Source of the DNA: Nitrospinales bacterium
Lineage (GTDB): Bacteria; Nitrospinota; Nitrospinia; Nitrospinales; VA-1
Length of the DNA stretch: 64,000 nucleotides
NCBI GenBank assembly: GCA_965223795.1
Contig: CBDCXL010000002.1
Coordinates: 128,001 to 192,000, forward strand
Direction: 5' to 3'
In this document: piece after piece, positions 16,803-25,081 of the stretch
Layout: every line of letters starts with the position of its first letter
How positions within the stretch are numbered: position 1 is the stretch's first letter
Position numbers and translations under genes: made by a program
Notes under the pieces: generated by a model
Database searches by the model: none
Told to the model about the DNA's origin: nothing
What the model saw: only the letters and a program-made list of their open reading frames with translations

Positions 16803-17213
16803 ATGACTATTTTGAGGTGGTCGAAAGCTGTGGGAATCATCCCGCTGTTCGCGGTGCTGTTTTTGGCAATGGCCCTTCATGCATCCGCCCCCCTGGCTGA
16901 AGCGGAGCAGGATAAAACCATGGATCTGGTGAAACGCGTGCAAACCGCGCTGGCGGATAAAGGATACAACCCCGGACCGCTGGACGGTTTCTGGGGACCC
17001 AATACTGAAAAGGCGCTCATCAGCTTTCAGGAATCGGAAGGGATCCCGGGTTCTGGAAAACTGGACAAGGCCACGCGAACGCTTTTGTTTGGCAGTTCGG
17101 CCTCAAAACCGGCGATGACCGCACATTCCAGCACGCCCGCGATGGGCGGCGGCGCTCCGGATACAGGAGCGGACGTGCCGGATTCGCAGATCGTCTGGGG
17201 ACGTCATAAATAA
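16803..17213 (+). CDS. Small secreted peptidoglycan-binding domain protein
   Basis: Signal peptide; GYNPGPLDGFWGPNTEKALISFQ; AGGAGG RBS. Confidence 0.82.
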   Translation: MTILRWSKAVGIIPLFAVLFLAMALHASAPLAEAEQDKTMDLVKRVQTALADKGYNPGPLDGFWGPNTEKALISFQESEGIPGSGKLDKATRTLLFGSSASKPAMTAHSSTPAMGGGAPDTGADVPDSQIVWGRHK

Positions 17214-17282
17214 TAGCGCGATCGCCTGCAACCCGGAAGCGTGCGCGCTTCCGGCGTTCCCCGCCTCGCCCCGGAAATCCAT

Positions 17283-17313
17283 AAAAAAAAACCGGGCCCC
17301 GCAGGGCCCGGTT
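17283..17313 (-). terminator. Intrinsic terminator, minus-strand orientation
   Basis: A-run followed by AACCGGGCCC-CGCA-GGGCCCGGTT on the plus strand. Confidence 0.65.
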
Positions 17314-17728
17314 CCTCAGTTGCCATCCTTAAGTGTTTCTTTTGGGAAACCATCACGTACACAAACCTGATCGGCAAAACGGCACGGGACTTAAAAAAAA
17401 TCATCACCGCACCTTGTGCCCGCACGCGGCCGCACTGCAAAGGCTGCGTGGCGGCGCCTCACCACCCGGCTTCAATTTCAGCCCGATAGGGCGGTAATCG
17501 ATTTGCTCATGCCACCTTGCACGCCTGTAGACCCAGTGCCGTCGCACCGATGCGCGTTTTCTGTCTGTGAGTCGCGGTGATGCGGTGAAAACATTTTGCG
17601 AGCGATATGCGGATTGGATTAATATGAACCTGACGGCTTGAAGCGATGCCATGCGCTCGCAGGCCGGTTGGCAACGTCGATGCGTTCTGAAAGTTTTATT
17701 CGAACTCCTTCGGTGAAAGGCAGAAAAA

Positions 17729-18067
17729 ATGGCCGATTTTGACTTGATGGATTTTGAGGAATCCCTGAGAATCGTGAACGTGCCTCCTCCCACGATCGAG
17801 GAAGTGATTTCCTTCTGGGGCAGTGAAACCCAGTCAGGAGAGTGGGAAGGCGGCATCGTCATGAAAATGAAAAGCGGCAAGTTCGCCTACCTTCTGGGCT
17901 GGTGCGAAACCAAGGAAGGAGGCTACGAGGACGGCGCGGAGATTCAGTATTTCGACGCCATACCGGATTACAAATCCTTCAGTCCCAAGGAACGCTGGGT
18001 GCAGGGCCCGCGTCCGGGATTGTGGGACGAGCAGCCCGGGACATTCAATGAATGGCTCGCGCAATGA
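17729..18067 (+). CDS. Hypothetical acidic protein (112 aa)
   Basis: ORF with host-like codon usage; no family recognised. Confidence 0.6.
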   Translation: MADFDLMDFEESLRIVNVPPPTIEEVISFWGSETQSGEWEGGIVMKMKSGKFAYLLGWCETKEGGYEDGAEIQYFDAIPDYKSFSPKERWVQGPRPGLWDEQPGTFNEWLAQ

Positions 18068-18385
18068 TGGCCTGAAACCCCGCCGGAATCCTCTCCCAGT
18101 CACATGAATGCCGCTTTTGCGTTTCCTTTCATTTTCCCGCTTTGGATTTTCAGATTCTTTGTGATACCTTTTTAAGTGTACAAGAAGGGTTGTGGAAAAT
18201 CATTGCGAATGGGATAGAGAGACCCCTGTTGAGATATGTCTTACTGATCCAACGTGCTGTCCGGCCAACCTGAATTTGGTTTCCCCCTTTAGGCCTGCGA
18301 TACGGCCTAGCAACGACCCATACCCAAATAAAAATAGTGGCATGTTTTCAATCGCATTCCGCTCATTTGCAGGAGAAGATCCGGT

Positions 18386-18586
18386 ATGTCTCAGGGTAAA
18401 GTGAAATGGTTCAACGAGAGTAAGGGCTATGGTTTTATCGAGTCCGACGAGGGAGAAGACTATTTTGTTCATTTTTCCGAAATTCAAAGCGAGGGCTTCA
18501 AGACCTTGAAGGAGGGCCAGCTTGTCGACTTTGAAAAGACAATGGGGAAGAAAGGCCCCCAGGCTTCCAAAGTGATCCCCCAATAA
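18386..18586 (+). CDS. cspA: Cold-shock protein
   Basis: [15 protein letters not shown] and FVHFSEI (RNP1/RNP2). Confidence 0.95.
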   Translation: MSQGKVKWFNESKGYGFIESDEGEDYFVHFSEIQSEGFKTLKEGQLVDFEKTMGKKGPQASKVIPQ

Positions 18587-18600
18587 ATCCGGCTGCGACG

Positions 18601-18635
18601 AAACCGGCGGGGCACCGGCTCCGCCGGTTTTTTTT
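18601..18635 (+). terminator. Intrinsic terminator after csp
   Basis: AAACCGGCGGGGC-ACCG-GCTCCGCCGGTTT plus a T-run. Confidence 0.85.
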
Positions 18636-18831
18636 GTGCTTTTTCCCCTTTTTCCCGCACCCCGTTTGCGGCTGCGCCCGCCATTTTCACCCCCCCTCTT
18701 CCTCAGTCTTGCATCGCACTCCTGGATTTTTCTCAATTTGAGATGCATGGACCATGCACGGTCCGGGCACCCAAACGCCACCGCACACGGAAACCCCTTT
18801 GAAAATAAAGGACTGACCTCTCTCTCCGGTT

Positions 18832-18847
18832 TGGCACACCGGATGCA
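18832..18847 (+). promoter_or_regulatory. Sigma-54 (-24/-12) promoter
   Basis: TGGCAC-ACCGG-ATGCA with GG-N10-GC spacing. Confidence 0.65.
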
Positions 18848-18910
18848 ATAGAAGGGTGTGAGGCAACGGCAACAAATTCTTGCAAACCGTTCACATCCTG
18901 GGAGAGGATC

Positions 18911-19075
18911 ATGAAACTGAATCAATCGTTTTACCAGTCATTGGATGAATGGATCGACGTTTCTGTCTCGGAGCCGGTCAGCGTGTTTGAAATCGAGGAC
19001 ACCTGGTATGTCGAGGCCCTGGATGAAGACGATTCCGGGCAGGCCGAAGAACTCAATTTTGCACTGGAACTCTGA
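18911..19075 (+). CDS. Small very acidic protein (54 aa), not in the ORF track
   Basis: GGAGAGGA RBS; MKLNQSFYQSLDEWIDVSVSEPVSVFEIEDTWYVEALDEDDSGQAEELNFALEL. Confidence 0.65.
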   Translation: MKLNQSFYQSLDEWIDVSVSEPVSVFEIEDTWYVEALDEDDSGQAEELNFALEL

Positions 19076-19145
19076 TCCATTCGGGTGCAATCCGGTTCCC
19101 CGTTCCGCAGGGGACCCGCTCAGCCATCAAGAAGGAGTACAGGGA

Positions 19146-19532
19146 ATGAATATGCGGATTTTTGTGATCGCGGCGTTTATCTTTCTGTCACTGGCTCGTA
19201 TCGGAGAGCCCGCCGGGGGCGTTCCGCAGAACATGCCGCCCACGGTGACGTTCAACTTCGATCAGCTAAGCCCTCCGGGCGGAGGGGGATGTTCGCTGGA
19301 TTCGCGGTTCGGTGTTGTGACCTGCGTGTTCAGGATGACGCAGCAGAACTGGCAGTCGATGAACAAGGAAAAGCCGGCGACCGTTTCGTTCGCGAATCCG
19401 GGAGTCACCTCGATCCGTTTTAATGGGAGCCAGCAGTGCGCGGTGCGCGGGCCGATCCGGATGCCGGATCAACCCGATCCGCTGGTGGACCTGCTCTGTT
19501 CGCGGCCCTGGAACCCGATCTACGGAAATTGA
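19146..19532 (+). CDS. Exported hypothetical protein with 4 Cys
   Basis: AGGAG RBS; signal peptide MNMRIFVIAAFIFLSLA. Confidence 0.65.
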   Translation: MNMRIFVIAAFIFLSLARIGEPAGGVPQNMPPTVTFNFDQLSPPGGGGCSLDSRFGVVTCVFRMTQQNWQSMNKEKPATVSFANPGVTSIRFNGSQQCAVRGPIRMPDQPDPLVDLLCSRPWNPIYGN

Positions 19533-19573
19533 CAACCAGGCGCAAGCCTTTCTTTAAACTGGAGAGTTCAACC

Positions 19574-19921
19574 ATGAAAACCATGATCGCCGCTGTGACG
19601 GCGGGCTGCCTGCTTTTCGGGGCCACGCTGAGCCAAGGCTACGACGCGGTGGAGGAACGGCGGGAAGCGAGTGTGGTTTCACCCGCGTCGGAACAGCATT
19701 TTCGCACCAACCAATGCCACTACATGCGGGACAAGGACGGAATCTCTTCGATCAACTGCGGCAAACCGCTCAACTCCGGTCCGTATAAAAAAGAGGAGAG
19801 CTACGTCACGTTCGGCAAAAGGCTTTGCACCCTTTCCCCGCTGCAGGGGCAGATCATCTGTTCCAAACTGCTGTTCCGATCCGGCCGCGGTGCGTTGAAG
19901 CCGCACCTGCTGCCAGGCTGA
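19574..19921 (+). CDS. Exported hypothetical protein with paired Cys
   Basis: GGAGAG RBS; signal peptide MKTMIAAVTAGCLLFGATLSQG. Confidence 0.65.
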   Translation: MKTMIAAVTAGCLLFGATLSQGYDAVEERREASVVSPASEQHFRTNQCHYMRDKDGISSINCGKPLNSGPYKKEESYVTFGKRLCTLSPLQGQIICSKLLFRSGRGALKPHLLPG

Positions 19922-19933
19922 CGGCGCCTGGCG

Positions 19934-20410
19934 TCATGCGGTGTTGTGAATGTAGTTCTCGCCCGCCTGCATGACGATCTGATCCAGCAGAACCCAGGGA
20001 ATTTCAAACTCCTCGGTGACGGCCCGCATGAGCAGCACGTTCACATTCCCTGAGGGGCTGGCTTCCTTTTTAAAATACATTTTGACGGGACCGCCGACGC
20101 TCAAATCCATTTTGAAGCGGGGGACGGTCAACTCCCACACCGCCTCGCCATGCTGCCTCCACCGGTGGCCGCCGGGAATCGCCGACAGGAACTCGCCAAA
20201 GGTGAGAAACCGCCGTTCCTGGTAGGAAACGTAATACCCCGCATAACCCGTTTCCGAAGACAGGCTTTTGTACACGACGAAGCGTTCGCCCCAGTCCCCG
20301 GGCGGGCTGGGCTGCAGGGAACAGGCCGTCAGCGTGAGCAGCAGCGCCAAAACGCCGGCCCGCATCCATCCGTGCTTTCGAAATTCACTGCATTGCAATC
20401 CAGGCGTCAT
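19934..20410 (-). CDS. Putative lipoprotein
   Basis: Lipobox LTAC after a hydrophobic stretch; start could be the downstream ATG. Confidence 0.6.
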   Translation of the reverse strand: MTPGLQCSEFRKHGWMRAGVLALLLTLTACSLQPSPPGDWGERFVVYKSLSSETGYAGYYVSYQERRFLTFGEFLSAIPGGHRWRQHGEAVWELTVPRFKMDLSVGGPVKMYFKKEASPSGNVNVLLMRAVTEEFEIPWVLLDQIVMQAGENYIHNTA

Positions 20411-20763
20411 TCTCGTCTCCGGGCTTAAAAATCAGGTCGCTGCGGCTCGTGCGGGCTGCGTGTCCGAAACCGGGGCGAGCTTCCCCAGTATCCTGTATCC
20501 CCTTATAATTCAGACTATTTCAGGGAACCGAACTTGTCAATGCAATTGCTGCGGCGCCGGGATGCGCGGCCGCGAACCCCTGAATTTCCGGGACATACTC
20601 CACCTGTTGAAAAATATATCTTTTTATTGACTTGAAGGAGAGGTCCGCGGCAATGACGCGGCGGCGGGACGGGCGTTTTCCCGGTTCAGGCGGGATCGTG
20701 TGCGGCTGGTATGAGGCTGCCTCAAAAACGGCAACTGGGGGCCTTGAATCTGGAAAATCGGGT

Positions 20764-21312
20764 TCAGGCGCTGTCGCAATGAAAGCCGCGCGCCGGGTTC
20801 CAGACGAGCTTGAGATGAGAGGGCAGCCGGGTTTCGCGGTCGAGTTCCGCCGATTGCAGCTGCTCGCGGGTGAGGTGGACCGTTTCGGAGAGATCGGTGC
20901 CGAACAGGTTCACGCCGTTCAGATTGGCGCCCCAGAAATCGGCCCCGGCAAAGCGGGTCTGCGAGAGCCGGGCGGTGCTCAAATCCGCACCCAGCAGGCT
21001 GGCTCCGGTGAGGTTGGCGCGCACCAGGTTCGCGCCCGTCAGAATCGCGCCGCTCAGGTCCGCGAGGTTGAGATCGGCTTCCACCAGATTGGCGCCGATG
21101 AGGCGCGCTTCGCTGAAGCGGGCGCCCTTGGCCTGAGCACGGGTGAGATTGGCGCACATCAACTGCGCGCGGCTGAGGTTCGCGCCTTTCAGGTTCGCCT
21201 CTACAAGTTTGATCCCCACCATGTTGGCTTCCCTGAGATCGAGAAAGCTCAGGTCGCTCCGGTCGATGGCCGGTGATTTTTTCGATTGATCGTTGATGGA
21301 ATGGGTCGTCAT
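20764..21312 (-). CDS. Pentapeptide-repeat protein
   Basis: Tandem A(N/D)LxG repeats; start set at MTTHS. Confidence 0.9.
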   Translation of the reverse strand: MTTHSINDQSKKSPAIDRSDLSFLDLREANMVGIKLVEANLKGANLSRAQLMCANLTRAQAKGARFSEARLIGANLVEADLNLADLSGAILTGANLVRANLTGASLLGADLSTARLSQTRFAGADFWGANLNGVNLFGTDLSETVHLTREQLQSAELDRETRLPSHLKLVWNPARGFHCDSA

Positions 21313-21682
21313 CGGTCCCCCGCAGAAAAAGCCTGTCAAACCAGCATTTACAGAACGCGCCGCATTGGCCGGCGCGCTGACGGATGCCTCCAGTGTAGGG
21401 AAACCGGGTCGCTGTCCGGTCAAGGGCGCGTCACGATTGCGTCAAAACCCGTGTTTTTCCGGCCCCCTGCCCTTGCCCGCTGCGTATCCGCCAGCGGCCG
21501 CCGCTTTCGTGACCGAATCGTTGCAGGCGCTCAACGAAACGGTGATACGACGCTGTCAATCTGACTCATTTGAGGGACCCGGACTGGAGGAGGGACGCGT
21601 CCGGCAAACATATTTAGCCTGTTTGGGCAATTTTTAATTCGGCGCGGCGGGGTCCGCCCGGCTTTCTATTTCGTTCGTCCGC

Positions 21683-22423
21683 ATGTTCGGCCTGAATAAA
21701 AAACACACGCGCGGGCTCGCATCTTTTGTTTCGCTGGGCCTGGTACTGGGATGCCTGAGCTGGTTTTCGGGAGGCGTCACGCATTCGGCGGGCAGCCTGT
21801 CTCCGTATCTGACCGCGGCGGCGTCGATGGAGGCCTCCGTCTTTGACGAACGGCGCGAACGGCGGCTCAAAGAGAAGGCGTCCCTGAAGCATCGGTCCCT
21901 GAAAATGGACCGGGCGCGTGCCCGCAACGAACGGGAGTACGACCGCAAAGTGGGAGAGCGGATTCTCGATATCCTTTCGCGGTACCGCACGGGACTCAAG
22001 AAAAAAAGCGATGACAAGATCCCCGGCTGGATCCTGGCGCAGAGCAAACGCTACGGCTACGACCCGCTGTTCCTGACCGCCCTCATCATCACGGAAAGCT
22101 CGTTCAACAACTGGGCGGTGTCGCACCGCGGCGCGGTGGGGCTGATGCAGCTTTTGCCGGGCACCGGCAAAGCCATGGCGCGGGAAACGAAGCAGCCCTG
22201 GCGGGGGACTTCGACGCTGCACGATCCCGAGGTCAACATCGCCCTGGGATCCTATTACCTGAATAAACTCAAGCGCCGTTTCGGCGATCTGAACCTGGCG
22301 CTGGAGGCCTACAACCACGGCCCCACGCGGCTGGATTCTTACCTGAAACGGGGCTACGCACCGAGCCGGTACTCGAAAAAAGTATTAAAAATCTACGAAA
22401 TGATCCATTTCGAACCCGCCTGA
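21683..22423 (+). CDS. Lytic transglycosylase (SLT domain)
   Basis: [15 protein letters not shown] and AYNHG motifs; N-terminal TM/signal. Confidence 0.92.
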   Translation: MFGLNKKHTRGLASFVSLGLVLGCLSWFSGGVTHSAGSLSPYLTAAASMEASVFDERRERRLKEKASLKHRSLKMDRARARNEREYDRKVGERILDILSRYRTGLKKKSDDKIPGWILAQSKRYGYDPLFLTALIITESSFNNWAVSHRGAVGLMQLLPGTGKAMARETKQPWRGTSTLHDPEVNIALGSYYLNKLKRRFGDLNLALEAYNHGPTRLDSYLKRGYAPSRYSKKVLKIYEMIHFEPA

Positions 22424-22650
22424 GCACGTCCCTCCCCTGCACTCCGGACGGATGCGGAAATTCCGCGCATTCGTCTGCGCACACAATGCGGCCGGACGCC
22501 GCGCCTTTCTGGCTGCTGCAATATCCGACTTACGGAAACGCCTTTCGAAATGGCTGTTTGGGCGATTTTACGCGGCGGGAATCCTTTCTTGACAGTTTTT
22601 GCAGACTTGTGATATGGGTTCACTTTTATACCCAGATAAGGACCCGCGTC

Positions 22651-22851
22651 ATGGCAAATGGAAAAGTCAAATGGTTTAGTGAGCAAAAAGGTTACGGTTT
22701 TATCGAGTCTGAAGAAGGAGAGGATGTGTTTGTTCACTATTCCGCCATTCAGTCCGATGGTTTCAAAACGCTGAATCAGGGGCAGGAGGTCGAATTCGAA
22801 GTCACCACCGGCCCAAAGGGGCCGCAAGCCGCGAATGTCGTAAAAAAATAA
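22651..22851 (+). CDS. cspA: Cold-shock protein (second paralog)
   Basis: [18 protein letters not shown]...DVFVHYSAI. Confidence 0.95.
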   Translation: MANGKVKWFSEQKGYGFIESEEGEDVFVHYSAIQSDGFKTLNQGQEVEFEVTTGPKGPQAANVVKK

Positions 22852-23097
22852 ACCGCTCGCTTTTTTGTTTCCGCACCGGGGATAGCGGCGAGCCCATGTG
22901 CGGGCCGCACTATCCTTCCCCGTTTCCACTTTTCGACGGCAGGCGTGAGAACTGCGCTCCCCTTTTCCCCTCGCTTTCCCTCCTGCACACCCGCCGCAGA
23001 CCCTTCACAATTTTTTGAGTCCACCCGGATAAATTGCCACAATGGCGTGGCAGCCCGTTTCCCAGATTTCATCGCAACAAACAAGGAGTCGAATCCC

Positions 23098-23412
23098 ATG
23101 GCAATCTGCATGACAGCGAAATACCGGGTTCATCCCCATTTCACCAAGGAATGCATCGAGGTCGTCACGCGGCTGATCGAGCACACCAAAACGAACGAGC
23201 CCGGCACCCGCCTGTACATCGCGCAGCAGGACGTTCTCGACCCGATGGCGTTTCAGCACACCATCATTTTTGAAAACGACGCGGCGATGAACCTGCACCG
23301 CAATTCGGTGGCGGCGAAACGTTTTGTGAGCTCGCTTTACCCACAGACGCGCGAACCGCTGGAATTCACCGAATACAACCTCATCGGCCTCAAATCCGGC
23401 GGCGTCGATTGA
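23098..23412 (+). CDS. Antibiotic-biosynthesis-monooxygenase (ABM) family protein
   Basis: NEPGTRLY...FENDAAMNLH pattern; AAGGAG RBS. Confidence 0.7.
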   Translation: MAICMTAKYRVHPHFTKECIEVVTRLIEHTKTNEPGTRLYIAQQDVLDPMAFQHTIIFENDAAMNLHRNSVAAKRFVSSLYPQTREPLEFTEYNLIGLKSGGVD

Positions 23413-23435
23413 TCCTTTAAGGGAGTTCCGCTCTG

Positions 23436-23756
23436 TCAGCGGTTGAGGTCGTTCAGCATGTCGGCGAGGTTTTCCAGCGTGTCTTTCATGTTGGGCGGGA
23501 GTGCGGCTGAGGGTGCGGGCCCGCCATCGGCGGCGGCAAGGGGTTCCCTGCTTTTAGGCTGCGCGGGACCGCCTCGAAAATAGCGGACGAGCTGCGGGTA
23601 CTGATCCAGCCGGAGCCAGCGGCGGCCGTCGGGGGAAATTTCATCGCCGGGCAGCAGCCGGCCTTCGCGGATGCAGGGCACCAGCCGTTTGACCGGAAAC
23701 TGCGGGATCACCTTGCTGCCCCGGCGCAGCTGCAGCGTGAGAAGCGGCGGCTTCAT
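23436..23756 (-). CDS. Hypothetical protein coupled to lgt
   Basis: ATG overlaps the lgt stop; DEISPDGRRW motif. The upstream part of the long ORF is an lgt shadow. Confidence 0.55.
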   Translation of the reverse strand: MKPPLLTLQLRRGSKVIPQFPVKRLVPCIREGRLLPGDEISPDGRRWLRLDQYPQLVRYFRGGPAQPKSREPLAAADGGPAPSAALPPNMKDTLENLADMLNDLNR

Positions 23757-24526
23757 TTTGCGATCAGCGAGTGGTTCCGGCGCATGACGATCAGCATGAA
23801 AATGGACACGGCGAGGACGAACAGCCCGATGAACTGGGACGTGGACAGCAGGCTCTCGACGGCGTAGCCGCGGTCGTCGCCGCGGTAGTATTCGATGATG
23901 AAGCGTCCGATCGAGTACAGCACGCCGTAGCTCCAGATGATCTGACCGTCGAACGATTTGTGCCGCCGAAGCCACATCAAAATGCCGAAGATCACGATGG
24001 CGTTGAGAGACAGGTAAATCTGCGTCGGGTGCAGGGGGATGTTCAGCGGCGCCAGCGATTTGGGATCGGTGAAGACGACGGCCCAGGGGACGTCGGTCTT
24101 GACGCCGTAGCAACAGCCTGCGAAATAACAGCCCCAGCGGCCGATGACCTGGCCGATGGCGATGGACGGTGCGAGCACGTCCGCCGTTTTCCAGATCGGC
24201 ATCTCCTTTTTCTTCATGTAGACATAGGCCACGATCACAGCCAGGATCAGGCCGCCGTAGAACACCAGCCCGCCTTTCCAGAACTTGAAGATGTCGAGCG
24301 GGTGCTGCGCGAAATAATCGAACTCGACGATGACGTACAGAATCCGCGCGCCCACAAGGGACGAGATCAGAATGTAGAAACAAAGGTCGATGATCTGCTG
24401 CGGGTCGAGGCCGTCCTGCCGTCCGAGACGGGAGGCGAAAAAGATCGCCGCGAAAAATCCCGACGCCACCAGCAGGCCATAGGTGAAGATCTTCACGAAA
24501 CCGAATTCGATGAGAACCGGATGCAT
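23753..24526 (-). CDS. lgt: Prolipoprotein diacylglyceryl transferase
   Basis: GGLVFYGG, IGRWGCYFAGCCYG, LHPTQIY and RFIIEYYRGD. Confidence 0.96.
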   Translation of the reverse strand: MHPVLIEFGFVKIFTYGLLVASGFFAAIFFASRLGRQDGLDPQQIIDLCFYILISSLVGARILYVIVEFDYFAQHPLDIFKFWKGGLVFYGGLILAVIVAYVYMKKKEMPIWKTADVLAPSIAIGQVIGRWGCYFAGCCYGVKTDVPWAVVFTDPKSLAPLNIPLHPTQIYLSLNAIVIFGILMWLRRHKSFDGQIIWSYGVLYSIGRFIIEYYRGDDRGYAVESLLSTSQFIGLFVLAVSIFMLIVMRRNHSLIAK

Positions 24527-24541
24527 TAGTTTCCTTTGCGG

Positions 24542-25075
24542 TTATTTGGAATCGGACACGTCTTTGGTGAGGGGCGGCCCGTCCTGGGGAGCGGCCGGAT
24601 CCGGCTCGCGGCTGAACAGATCGAGGATCATCAGCCCCACACCGATGGAAATGCAGGCGTCCGCCACGTTGAAGGCGGGAAAGTAGTATTTATTATAGTA
24701 GAACTGCAAAAAGTCGACCACCTCTTTGTGGATGATGCGGTCGATCATGTTGCCGACCGCACCGCTGAAGATGAGGATGAGCCCGATCTGCACCATCCTT
24801 TTTTCGCGCGGCGTCTGGTGGAAGATCACCAGGATGGCGACGATGGCCACCGAGGAGATCAGAACGAAGATGAGCGCCTTGTATTCGGACTCCTGGTCCG
24901 CGAACAGCCCGAACGCCACGCCGGGATTGCGGATGTGGACGAGATTGAAAAAGTTCTGCACCACCTGAACGGAATAGTACAGGGGCAGATGCTTGATGAT
25001 GAGAAATTTGGTGTACTGATCCAGCAGGATCAGCGTGTTGGACATCAATAGCAAATGCAGGTATTTGTTTTTCAA
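24542..25075 (-). CDS. lspA: Lipoprotein signal peptidase II
   Basis: LDQYTK, NPGVAFG, GAVGNMIDR, VVDF and PAFNVAD. Confidence 0.96.
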   Translation of the reverse strand: MKNKYLHLLLMSNTLILLDQYTKFLIIKHLPLYYSVQVVQNFFNLVHIRNPGVAFGLFADQESEYKALIFVLISSVAIVAILVIFHQTPREKRMVQIGLILIFSGAVGNMIDRIIHKEVVDFLQFYYNKYYFPAFNVADACISIGVGLMILDLFSREPDPAAPQDGPPLTKDVSDSK

Positions 25076-25081
25076 AATGGT

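Noticed and set aside
18100..18385. Named ncRNA or thermosensor in the long csp leader
   Set aside because: Long leaders are normal for csp genes, and I could not identify a specific conserved structure.
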